Shown here: positions 49,968-62,206 of the stretch, in pieces
Layout: each line of letters opens with the position of its first letter
How positions within the stretch are numbered: the stretch's first letter is position 1
NCBI GenBank assembly: GCA_964016885.1
Contig: OZ024742.1
Coordinates: 203,608,001 to 203,672,000 of the forward strand
DNA: 64,000 nucleotides
Direction of reading: 5' to 3'
DNA from: Eledone cirrhosa
Taxonomy: Eukaryota
Position numbers and translations under genes: made by a program
The notes under the pieces: model-generated
Told to the model about the DNA's origin: nothing
Seen by the model: only the letters and a program-made list of their open reading frames with translations
Database searches by the model: none

Positions 49968-50017
49968 GTTATTAATGTATATGTGTGTATGTATATATAT
50001 ATGTGTGTATGTATGTA

Positions 50018-50048
<31 letters not shown>

Positions 50049-50063
50049 TTCTTTTTTTTTATT

Positions 50064-50094
<31 letters not shown>

Positions 50095-50160
50095 TTTTAT
50101 TTTATTTTTTTCTCCTCGTGCAATGGCCATACTCGATAACGAGGGAGCAGCCATCATCAT
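49122..50160 (+). mobile_element. RTE-clade LINE 3' part with three C2H2 zinc fingers
   Basis: RLRWSGHLARMKDSRIPKQLFYGEL...KRYKDSLK; CSIC..HLRSH, CQTC..HAKVH, CRLC..HIRS; 3' end tggccatactcgataacgagggagcagccatcat. Confidence 0.88.
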
Positions 50161-50334
50161 GTATCTATGTATGTATTTGTTATTATGTGTGTGTGCCAAT
50201 ATTGGATATATATAATCAATATTGTCATTCTATTGTATTGTTCTCCTGTGTTGTTTGTTGTATTTCCTTGTTAACGTTTCACACACAACCACACACACAT
50301 GCACGTACACATTTATACACATTTATATACATAT

Positions 50335-51115
50335 CCAGCATGGCGAACGTTTCCAACAACAACGCTTGCACTCTATCCTCAAGATCTCATGGAAGTCTCA
50401 TACACCAGATACCGATGTGCTGCAGTGGGCTTCTCTGCCAGCGTCTCCGGTTGTTAGTTCACATAGTACGCCTAGAGGATAGCAAACGTCCGAAACAAGT
50501 ATTGTATGGAGAGTTGTTGCAAGGTAAACACCTGCAGTGTAAGCCACACACGCGCATTGAAGACTGCCTGAACGATACTCTCAAGACGGTCAACATCAAC
50601 ACCGAAACATGGGAAAATATTACAACAGACAGAAGCCAATGGTGATATCTGGTTGCTGTTAGTGTTAAAGAATTAGAAAAGAAGCAGAGGGCCAATGCTG
50701 AAGTGAAGCAAGCAGCTAAATATGTGGAGGATGTTAGTTCTCTCCCAGAACATGTATGTATGTCAAAGACTGGGCTACTAAGCCACAGCAGTTGCTTTAC
50801 ACATGGAAATAATACATTTGAGTACCGGATGCACCGTGGTTTTGCATGTGGCATCTGTACCAGTGAGTCACTCTGCAGTTGAGCTAACAAGTCATCACAA
50901 AGCATGCTATCTGAATCAAACTCAAGCAGGCGGGAAACTTATATTCACACTGTGTGATATAATACATAAATTACTTCCTGGTTTGATAAGCCATCTAAAG
51001 TGGAATCAACTACAGCAACATCAATAACATATTTTTGCCAATGTCTGGGTTTTTTTCGGTTTTTTGTTTGGTCATTTTTTCTAAGTGGCCATACTCCGGC
51101 ACGAGTTGACTTCCA
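50335..51115 (+). mobile_element. Older RTE-clade LINE 3' fragment
   Basis: ERFQQQRLHSILKISW; RLEDSKRPKQVLYGEL...WENITTDRSQW. Confidence 0.8.
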
Positions 51116-51539
51116 CTATATATAAATAAATGTATGTGAGTGTGTGTGTGTGCGTGGATGTGTAAATGTTTATTTGCATGTGGTAGAGTATGACTGCGTG
51201 ACTGTTTGTGTTTATGTATCTGTTTATGTATGTGTATGTATGTGTGCGTGTGTCTGTCTGTGTGGGTATCTGTGTGTGTGTGTTTGTGTGTGTCTGTCTA
51301 TGTGTGTCTCTGTGTCTGTGTGTCTGTGTGTGTGTGTGTGGGGGGGGGGTATGTATTTTGTTGTAAGTCTATCTTGAATTTCCGCCGCCTTTGTTTTAGT
51401 GTACCTTGTACACATAGTTAAGCATACTGTTATAGGTATATACTCACGAGAACATATACACATCTTTATATATATAACACTCCCAATGAGTTAACAAGGC
51501 ATTTAACTAAAAGAGAGTTTTGCCTCTTTTTATTTTATT

Positions 51540-52248
51540 TTCATTCAGGGCAGGAACCACCGATTGAAGGTCATGGCAGACCGTCCGTACGGGCCCGCCC
51601 AACGTAGCATCATCCAGATACCAAACGTTGAGAGGGGTCGTGATACTCCGGGCGATGTGGTCAAAACCAGGGCGAACAGGAGAGGTCCCAAAGGGTCGCC
51701 CTGTTGGACCCCAGTTGGACCCCAGTAGCCGAGGGTATGACCGTATCAGCAGCAAGGAACATGCTTGGGGCTCCATATGACAGGTAGGCCAGCGGGTAGG
51801 CAGAGGGGCACGACTGAGGCAGGCCTCGAGGAGATGATCCGGCGTAAAGAGTTGAAGGCATTCCTCATGTCAAGCTTGACAATGAGGTGCCTGGAGTCCC
51901 TGGATGCCGGTTCCGATGGGCAGCTGTTGAAGAACTGCCTGGTTGCATGAGCGGCCCCCTCACAGCCACCGGACACGCTGACACCCAGTTGCACCGGTGC
52001 ACCGGACTAAACTCCTCACCCAGTTCGTGTGTTACAGACTTGCAGATCACCTTGGCAGTCAGCCAAGGTGATCTCCGGTAGACATTGCCCACCCTCTTTC
52101 TTCCTGAGAGCGGTGAGGCTGGCCGAAAAAAAGAGGCCTCGGCGTAAGGGTCCAGAGCACGGGCCGGTGGCGCTGGATCGGGGGGACGGCAAAAGGCCAG
52201 ATGGCATGACCATCTTCACGTTCCGCGGTGGCAAACTCCTCGTCAGTG
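51540..52248 (-). mobile_element. CRE-like non-LTR retrotransposon remnant: RT (minus) abutting RLE motif (plus)
   Basis: Minus: QLGVSVSGGCEGAAHATR, VKLDMRNAFNSL, LNVWYLDDATLGGP; plus 52150-52248: LDRGDGKRPDGMTIF..GGKLL. Confidence 0.8.
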
Positions 52249-55200
52249 AGTAAGTTATGTATATTGAGAGAGGTGGAAGAGAACAAGTTACATATACTGA
52301 GAGAGGGGAAAGAGAGCGAAACATATATTGAGTGAGGGGTAAGAGAGCGAATTACATTCATTGAAAGGGAGGTAAGAGAGCATACCACATATAATAGGAG
52401 AGGAAGAAGAGAGTAAGTTATGTACATTGAGAGAGGAGCAGGAGAGAGAGTTCTATATATAATAAAAGAGTGTGAAATTAGAAAGTTACATTGAGAGAGA
52501 GGGAAGAGAATAAGTTATTATATTGAGAGGGGGGAATAGAACAAATTATGTATATTGAGAGAGGGGGAAGCGAATAAGTTAGATATATTGAAAGCGGGGG
52601 GGGATGCACAATTACCTCTCAATATACATAACTCACACTCTTCCCCCTCTCTCAATATAATGACTTCCTCTCTTCACCCTCTCTCATTATAATAAATTCC
52701 TATCTTTCCCCTCTCTCAATATACATAACTCACTCTCTCAATATAATAACTGAATCTCTTCCCCCTCTCTCAATATATTATATTACTCTCTTACCCCTCT
52801 CTCAATATAATATCTTACTCTCTCTTCCTCCTCTCTCAATATAATAACTTACTCTCTTCCCCCTCTGTCAATATAATATATTACTCTCTTCCCCCTCTCT
52901 TAATATAATAATTTACTCTCTTCCCCTCTCTCCATATCATAAGTCACTCTGTTACCCCTCACTCAATATAATAACTGACTCTATTCCCCCTCTCTCAATA
53001 TAAGTTACTCTCTTCCCCCTCTCTCGATATACATACCTTACTCAATTCCCCCTCTCTAAATATAATAACTTACGGTCTTCTCCCTGCCTTAATAAAACAA
53101 CTTACCCTCTTCCCCCCTCTCAATATATGTAACTTACTCTCTCCCCCCTCTCTCAATATATGTAACTTACTCTCTTCCCCCTCTCCCAATATAAGAACTC
53201 ACTCTCTTCACCCCCTCTCAATATACATAACTTACTCTCTTCCCCCTCTTTCAATATAATAACTCACTCTCATTCCGCTTTCTTTATATAATAATTTACT
53301 CTCTTCCACCTCTCTCAATATAATAACTCACTCTCTTCCCCCTCTCACAATATAATAACTTACCCTATTCCCCCTCTCTCAATATAATAACTTACTCTCT
53401 TCTCTCTAAACCATCTCTCAAAATAATAACTTACTCTCTTCACCCTCTCTCTCTCAATATAATAAATCACTCTCTTCCCCTCCCTAAATATAATAACTTA
53501 CTCTCTTCCCCCTCTCTCAATTTAATAATTTACTCTCTTTTCCCTCTCTCAATATAATAACACTCTCTTTCCCCTCTCTCGATATATGTAACTTATTATC
53601 TTCCAGCTCTCTCAATATACATAACTCACTCTCTTGCCCCTCTTTCAATATAATAACTTACTCTCTTCCCCCTCTCTTAATATACATAACTCACTCTCTT
53701 CCCGCTCTCTTAATATAATAACTCACTCTATTACCCCTCTCTTAATATAATAATTTACTCTCTTCCCCCTCCCTTAATATAACAACTTTCTCTCTGCCCC
53801 CTCTCTCAATATAATAACTTACTCTCTTCCCCCTCTTTCAATATAATGAATTACTCTCTTCCCCCTCTCTCAATATATTATATTACTCTCTTACCCCTCT
53901 CTCAATATAATATCTTACTCTCTCTTCCTCCTCTCTCAATATAACAACTCACTCCCCTTACCTCTCTCTCAATATAATAACTAACTCTCTTCATCCTCTC
54001 TCATTATAATAGCTTACTCTCTTCCGCCTCTCTCAACATCATAACATCCTCTCTTCCCCCTCTCTCAATATTATAACTTACTCTCATCCCTCTTTCTCAA
54101 TATACTAACTCACTTTCGCCCCACTCTCTCAATATACATAACTTATTTCTTCCCCTCTCTCAATATAACAATTTACTCTCATCCCCCTCTCTCAATATAA
54201 TAACTTACTCTCTTCTCTCTGTCTCAATATAAGTTACTCTCTTCCCCCTCTCAATATAATAATTTACTCGCTTCCCCCTCTCAATATATGTAACTTATTC
54301 TCTTCCCCTCTCTCAATATAATAACTTACTCTCTTCCCCCTCTCTCAATATAAGTTACTCTCTTCCCCCTCTCTAAATATAAGTTCCTCTCTTCCCTCTC
54401 TCTCAATATACATAACTGACTCTCTCCCCCCTCTCACAATATAATAACTTACTCTCTCCCCCCTCTCTCAATATAATGACTTACTCTTTTCCCACTCTCT
54501 CAATATAATAACTTTCTCTCTTCACCCTCCCTCATTATAATAAATTACTCTCTTCTCCCTCTCTCAATATAATAACTCACTCTCGTCCCACTCTCTCAAT
54601 ATAATAACTCACTCTCTTCCCCATCTATCAATATCACTTACTCTCTTTCCCCTCTATTAATATATGTAACTTACTCTCTTCCACCTCTCTCACTATACAT
54701 AACTCACTCTCTTCCCCCTCTCTCACTATATTAACTTACTCTCTTCCCACTCTCTTAATATATGTAACTTACTCTCTTCCCCCTCTCTCAATATACATAA
54801 CTCCCTCTCTTCCCCCTCTGTCAATATAATAACATACTCTCTAGCTCCTCTCTAATATAATAACTTACTCTGTTCCCCTCACTCAATATAATATATTACT
54901 CTCTTCCACCTCTCTCAATATAATATATTAGTCTCTTCCTGCTCTCTCAATATACTATCTTACTCTCACTTCCTCCTCCCTCAATATAATAACTTACTCT
55001 CTTGCCCCTCTCACAATATAATAACTTACTCTCTTGCCCCTCTCTCAATATAATAACTTACTCTCTTTCCCCTCTCTCAATATAATAACATACTCTCTTC
55101 CCCTTCCCTTAAAATAACAACTTACAAACTTCCCCCTCTCTCAATATAACAACTTACTCTCTTCCCCTCCCTTAATATAACAACTTACTCTCTTCCCCCT

Positions 55201-57150
55201 CCCTTAATATAACAACTTACACTCTTCCCCCTCTCTCAATATTTGTAACTTACTCTCTTCCCCCTCTCTCAATATAGTAACTTACTCTGTTACCCACCCC
55301 CTTAATATAACAACTTACTCTCTTCTCCCTCTCTCTATATAATAAATTACTCTCTTATCCCTCTCCCAATATAGTAACATACTGTCTTCCCTCTCTCTCA
55401 ATATAATAACGTACTCTCTCCCGCCTCTCTCAGTATATGTAACTTACTTGCTCCACCCTCTCTCATTATATGTAACTTACTCTCTTCCCCCTCTCCCAAT
55501 ATAATAACTCACTCTCTTCCCCCTCTCACAATATACATCAATCACTCTCTTCCCTCTCTCAATATAATAACTCACTCTCTTTCCCATTTCTTTATATAAT
55601 AATTTAATCTCTTCCCTCTCTCTCAATATAATAACTTACCCTCATCCCCCTCTCTCAATATAATAACTTACTCTCTTCCTCCTCTCTGAATATCATAACT
55701 TCCTCTCTTCCCCTTGTCTCAACATAATAACTCACTCTATTACATGGGTCGCACACACCCCCGACAACATGTGCAACCCTCCTCTTCAGGAGCACAAAGA
55801 GCGGGTGATCCCTTCCTCCTCTCATTCTTCTCCTCTCTCACCTACAGGCTGATATAGAGAGAAGGCCCATTCATTCGGGCCATTCTCGTTACTTTCACCC
55901 ACCTTTCATAAAACTTGCTGGGGTAGAGCACCCCTCTCTCCATTCTGATCCTTCTTCTAAAGTGGTACTTGAAAAAAAGGACCAGTTGTTGGCCGGAGAG
56001 AAAGGTGTCTGACCTCAGCCCTTTCAACCTCGTCCACCATACAACCTCTTTCGCCATAGCTATCACACAGAGGAAAACTGCCTCTCCTTCGTTTATGACA
56101 GGGGGAATAACTTAATCTGTTATAAATATAATAACTTACTCTCTTCCCCCTCTCTCAATTTAATAACGTACTCTCTTTCCCCTCTCTCAATATAATAACT
56201 CGCTCTCTTTCCCCTCACTCAATATAATAATATACTCTCTTTCCCCTCTCTGAATATATGTAACTTATTCTTTTCCCGCTCTCTCAATATAATAACTTAC
56301 TCTCTTCCCCCTCTCTCAATATACATATCTCACTCTCTTACCCATCTTTCAATATAATAACTCAGTCTATTCCACCTCTCTCAATATAATAACTCACTCT
56401 ATTACCCCTTTCTTAATATAATGACTTTCTCTCTTCCACCACTCTCAATATAATAAATTACTCTCTTATCCCTCTCCCAATATAGTAACATACTGTCTTC
56501 CCTCTCTCTCAATATAATAACTCACTCTCTTCCCCCTCTCACAATATACATAAATCACTCTCTTCCCCTTCTTTCAATAAAATAACTCACTCTCTTTCCC
56601 ATTTCTTTATATAATAATTTACTCACTTCCCCTCTCTCGATATAATAACTTACCCTCATCCCCCTCTCTCAATATAATAACTTACTCTCTTCCTCCTCTC
56701 TGAATATCATAACTTCCTCTCTTCCCCCTGTCTCAATATAAAAACTTACTCTCTTCCCGCTCTCTCAATATAATAAATTACTCTCTTCCCCCTGTCTCAA
56801 ATATTCCCTTACTCTCTTCCCCCTCCCTTAATATAATAACTTACTCTCTTCCCCCTCTCTCTATATATATAACCCACTCTCTTCCCCCTCTCTCAATATA
56901 ATAACTTACTCTCTTCCCCCTCTCTCAATATAAGTTACTCTCTTCCCGCTCTCTATATATAATAACTCACTCTCTTTCCTCTTTCTCTATATAATAATTT
57001 AATCTCTTCCCCTCTCTCAATATAATAACTTACTCTCTTCATCCTCTCTCAAAATACATAACTTACTCTCTTACCCCTCTCTCAATATACATAAATTACA
57101 CTCCCATCAACCCACCCCTCTCACAATATGTAACTTACCATTTCACCCCT
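52248..57150. repeat. ~32-bp minisatellite (AATATAATAACTTACTCTCTTCCCCCTCTCTC), ~4.9 kb, orientation switch near 52608
   Basis: direct reading; 52248-52603 is the reverse-complement unit. Confidence 0.96.
55741..56100 (-). mobile_element. Tx1/L1-like LINE 3' end inserted in minisatellite
   Basis: IAMAKEVVWWTRLK...FFKYHFRRRIRMER...FYERW resembles Tx1/L1 ORF2 C-terminus. Confidence 0.65.
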
Positions 57151-57599
57151 CTCTGGAAGATATTTTTTACTGTTTTTTGTGTTTGTTTTGGTAACACACA
57201 CACACACCACGGTCTCGCCTCTTACTGTAAACCAGAGATCACATCCAGTACAATCATTTTCTTTTCTACCTGCTTTCTCTTATAACCCCGTGTAACATTT
57301 TTTTCCCCCCGGTTCTAAATGCCATTTCATGGTTTGTTATATCCCATTATTATTTTTAAAAAAACATTATTATTTAATCAGAAGTTTGGGTTTGTGGTCA
57401 GGTGTTTGATATTTCGAAATGTTCATATTTTTCAAGAAAAAGCACATTTTTTTTTTTATTTATCAGCTCATATATTTAAATCAACAGAGTATATATTTAT
57501 TTTATTACACAAGCTTATCAAAATCAAGCAAGTAAAACAAATAACACTTATAAAGCAAATTATACACGTCAGAAATGACTGGCTTTCCTGGATATGCGG

Positions 57600-58610
57600 T
57601 TGTAGTCAAGGTCGCATTCCAGCACTAGCCCCTAGATAAAGTCACCCATCATGTTTTCATTGTAATGGCCCTGGTACCTCCGCTCTATTTCTTTCACATC
57701 TTGGTGGAATCGTTCGCCTTGTTCTTCTGAGTAGGCGCCCATATTGTCCTTGAATTTTTCAGGGTGAGCGTCCAGCATATGGAGTTTAAGCGACATCCTA
57801 CATGAAATCGCGCCAAAAGCCTTTATCAGATCCTGCACCAGTTGCTGGTAGTTTTCAGCTCTGTAGTTGCCCAGGAAGCCCTTAACAACTGCTTTGAAAC
57901 AGTTCCATGCTGTTCTCTCAATCCTATTGAGCTTATTGGAGAACTCGGTAGACTCAAACACCTTCTTTATCTGAGGTCCAACAAAAATTCCACCTTTGAT
58001 TTTGGCCTCAGATAACTTGGGTAAGAACTCAAGAAGGTACTTAAAAGCGGCTGATTCTTGTTTGAGAGCCTTCACAAACTGCTTCATCAACCCCAACATA
58101 ATGTGCAGTGGCGGCATGAGCACAATCTTGGGATCAACCAGTGGCTCCCACATGAGGTTCCCGGTCCCAACTACAAATTCCGTTCGCTGCTCCCAGTTCT
58201 TTCTTTTGTAGAGGTCAGAGGTGGCTCTGCTGTCCCAAAGGCAGAGGAAGCATTAGCCTCCTTGGAGTCCAAGCAGGAAAGCCACCATCTTGAAGTCTCC
58301 AATGATTTCCCAATTGTACTGGTTGTATTGCAGAGCTTCCAAGAGGACTTTCACACTGTAGTAATCTTCCTTCAGGCAGACTGAATGAGCTAGGGGCAGT
58401 GTCGGGAGCTTGTTTCCATTGTGGTGGAGCTGTCTATAAATAGCCGCCACTCCTTGGGCACAAAGGGCACCCCAATAACGTCAAACATGTACAGGGACGT
58501 CATGGCAGAATCAGAGGCTATCCTTAAGAGTGTAAAAGCCTGAGAAAAGTTCGCGTCGACTTCTCTGACTTTTCTTTGACCAAGTTCCACTGCTTCATCC
58601 TGGAGACGAA
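57600..58610 (-). mobile_element. Chapaev/Transib-related (CMC) transposase remnant
   Basis: WEIIGDFKMVAFLLGLQGG, CFLCLWDSR, PPLHIMLGLMKQFVKAL, AKIKGGIFVGPQI, MSLKLHML, SEEQGERFHQD. Confidence 0.72.
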
Positions 58611-59027
58611 TGCTTAAAACACAACTTACCCTTTATTCAGGGTGCGAAAATCCAGTATCAATAAATCTCTTTAATCCACTTTTTAACAATTTTATACTTT
58701 ATTGCACTTTTATAATTTTCTTTAGGTATTACTCTTTATTTTATAATTTTAATTTAACCTGAAACATATAAAAAAAATCATTTAACATAAGCAAATTAAA
58801 CTTACATACAAAGTAAAATACAGCATACAAATAATTCTAGTGAATAGCTTAGAATTTTTACAAACCCCAACTTTTAACTGTTTAATAGCACTTTTTTTTA
58901 TTTATTTGGGACCTAAGCAACACAAAAAAAGTGATTACAAGCCAGGAACAGAGAAACATTTTTTTTTTTTACACGGTGTTATCTGTTTACCAGGACGACG
59001 CTGGGTATGTCAGCAAGTTATATATAA

Positions 59028-59090
<63 letters not shown>

Positions 59091-59959
59091 CCAGCATTCG
59101 AACCGGAGACGCTGGCCGGGAAACACGATCATCACAGAATCCCTTATGGTTGATTCCCAACCTGCTAGAAATAGGAGTCAACTTGGTTAGCATACACGGT
59201 ATGTTTTTCTTTCATTTTATAAAATTAGTATCAATAAACCTTCCTGGGTATACCCTCATTCCATTGCTATACTTACTTGTCAGTTTTTGTTTTTGCGAAA
59301 TGCGTGAAGGAACCAACCAACAAACATATCTCTTTTATATTATCATCATCATCATCTAATTTAACATCCTTTTTCCCTGCGTGAGAGAACGGATACCTTT
59401 GGTTCTCCATTCAGAAAACTCTAAAAAGTTCTAAGAGTGTTGTTTTTGTACAATACATAAACTTGGCGTCCTGACAAGTAGGTTGCTAGCCGTCTTCATA
59501 TATGTGGTTTCTTAAAATTCGGTTCGGTTATATGTATTATATATATTTTGTTTTTGGTATATATGAATAACAGGGAATAGTGTCAAAAGCTTTGTTGATG
59601 GTAGATACAATGGTACGTATGGGAGCTTTGGTGTTGATTGGGGTTGTAATGGTTGTTGTTGCTGTTGTGTTATTGGTGAATGTGGTAAAGTCATAATGTA
59701 CTTTTTGTGTTAGGCTTGTGAGTAAGTGAATCTTGGATGCTGAAGATAGTAAGAGATGGCAGTTTATATTGTAACAACACCTTTGTCTGAGAAACTGGAA
59801 GCCGGAAAGAAAGAAAGAAAAAAAGAAAGAAAGAAAGAATGAAAGTTGGAAAAGACGGTAAAATATAGAAAATGAAAAAGAGAGACAGAGAAAGGAAATG
59901 AAAGACAAAAGATAAACATAAAAAGTTAGGTTGGAAGGTGATGACCTTGCTGTATGACT

Positions 59960-60460
59960 GTTTAAGAGGAGGTGGGGGGGGGGCTTTTATCAAAGGAAGT
60001 TGGTATAGGTGTCTATGGTGGCTGAGTGGGGTTTGCCATTGATGCAGCGGTTGGTGTTGCTGGCTGAAATGGTTGAGTCGGGGTGGTGTTTGTGTAGCCT
60101 TAGTGACTTGGCGATTGTGATGTGGGTAGCAGTAGTGTTGGTTGTGCCTACAGTGACTGGGTGGTGGAGCAGGCAATAGTAAAGTGCTGGTGGTGGTAGT
60201 GATGGAGATGGTGGTGATGACGGTGCTTGCAGTGGATCGATGTTGTTGTTTTTGGTGTTGATGGCTGTAATGTCTAGGTGGTGGTGGAGGTGGTAGTGAA
60301 GGTGGTGGTGTTGGTGGTGGTGTTGGTGGTAGTGGTGGTATTGGTGGTAGTGATGGTGGTGGTGGTGATGGTAGTGGTGGTGGGGGAGGTGCTGGTGTTG
60401 TTGATGGTTCCAATGTCTAGGTGGTGGTGCTGGTGGTAATTGTAGTGGTACTCGCAGCGG
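59960..60460. repeat. GGT-rich low-complexity tract
   Basis: (GGT)n variants; Pro-rich minus ORF is an artefact. Confidence 0.85.
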
Positions 60461-60727
60461 CTGGGAGGTTTGGTGAGGTTGAAGTGGTACTTAATATCAA
60501 ATAACGTTAGCTTTGTTGGCAGACTTTTTCGTTACACTGTATTGACTTCGTACCTTAAGTGTGGGCAGATGGCCAACTGTATACACATATTTACATGTAG
60601 GTGTATATATGTGTGCGTGTGTATTTATATGTATACACACACACACATATATATATATGTATATGTATACGAAGCGAGAAACATGATTATATGTATGCAT
60701 ACATACACACACACACACACACATACG

Positions 60728-60765
<38 letters not shown>

Positions 60766-60799
60766 CGTGTGCGCGCGTGTGTGTGTGTGTGTGAATGTG

Positions 60800-60893
<94 letters not shown>

Positions 60894-61007
60894 AATATAC
60901 AGTGACATGAGTTTATATATCCATATATACGTTCATACTTACATATATTACACACTACTAATTACTCACCCACTCACATATGTATGAATGTATATATATA
61001 TATATTA

Positions 61008-62205
61008 ATTAAAATAACAGATTAAAGTTTAAGCAAAGAATCGCTGCTTTAACGGGATCTTCTGAAACTAACAAAGTCAATCTCTGAACGCAGAAATGGA
61101 TATTTCAAAAAACGTTGCAACCGGAGGAAGACAGGAAGACGATACTTTGGTTCGTGGAAACGTTCCCTGGCAAAGAACGGGAAAAAAACGAATATAATAC
61201 GTCATTATTTGGAGCGGTGAAAAACAATTACACGCAAAAACAAAACCACGTTTATGGTATAAAAGAAATCGTAGACTAATATTCTCTTAGGTGGTTTATA
61301 GAGATGTTCTCTGGCAATGAACGGAAAAAACGAAGAAAATACGTCATATGTGGAGCGTGGAGAACTGCACGCAAAGACAAAACCACGTAAATGGTATAAC
61401 TGAAGTCATAGACTAAAATTCTAACTAGGAAACTGAATGATTCTCGGCTTCGGAGTTAAGAATAAAGTAAATAAAATACAGAGGCAATTGAAATTAAATA
61501 AATACATACACGCATCCATATACGTACATACACAAGCATACGCGATAACACTCGCACTAGGTATACAAATACACGCACATGTAAATATGTATGTGTGTGT
61601 GTGCGTGTATACAAAACTTAAATAAACGTATATAAATAAATAAATACGTATATAACAAGCGCACACACATACCTACATGTAAATACACATATGTTCGGAG
61701 ACGTACAAGCCTACGCGAAAACACTCGCCATAGGTATACAAATACACGCACATATAAATATGTGTGTGTGTGTGTGCGTGTATACAAATAATTAAATAAA
61801 AATATATAAATAAATAAATACATATATAACAAGCGCACACACATACCTACATGTAAATATACATATGTTCGGAGAGCATGTCAACCAAAACACGAAGTAT
61901 ACATATACACACACCCTACATACGTACGAACCCGCATACTCACATAGGCGCAAAACTCACGTATACACATAACCAAAAGCATATGTACCAGAATATATAA
62001 AATATACGCCATAACATATACAATCAAATATACGTACGAGAAAGTATACGTACCTTCACAAAACATACAGCTAATATATACTTACCTATACAAATAAGTA
62101 ATGGTATAAACATAACATATACTTAGCTACAACATCAAGACGTAAAATATCCGCGTATAGATCGTACTATCCGTTAGGGTATAATGTGGGGCTGTAATAC
62201 ACGAA
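61008..62205 (-). mobile_element. Inverted copy of PLE 3' UTR/pLTR
   Basis: Reverse complement of 63365-64000 and 41800-42845, with internal duplication ~61550-61880. Confidence 0.88.
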
Positions 62206-62206
62206 A

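Noticed and set aside
52248-57150. CRISPR-like ~32-bp periodicity
   Set aside because: Head-to-tail degenerate units without unique spacers, eukaryotic context, no cas genes
59691-60413. 240-aa proline-rich ORF
   Set aside because: Reverse translation of a GGT low-complexity tract; no splice or homology evidence
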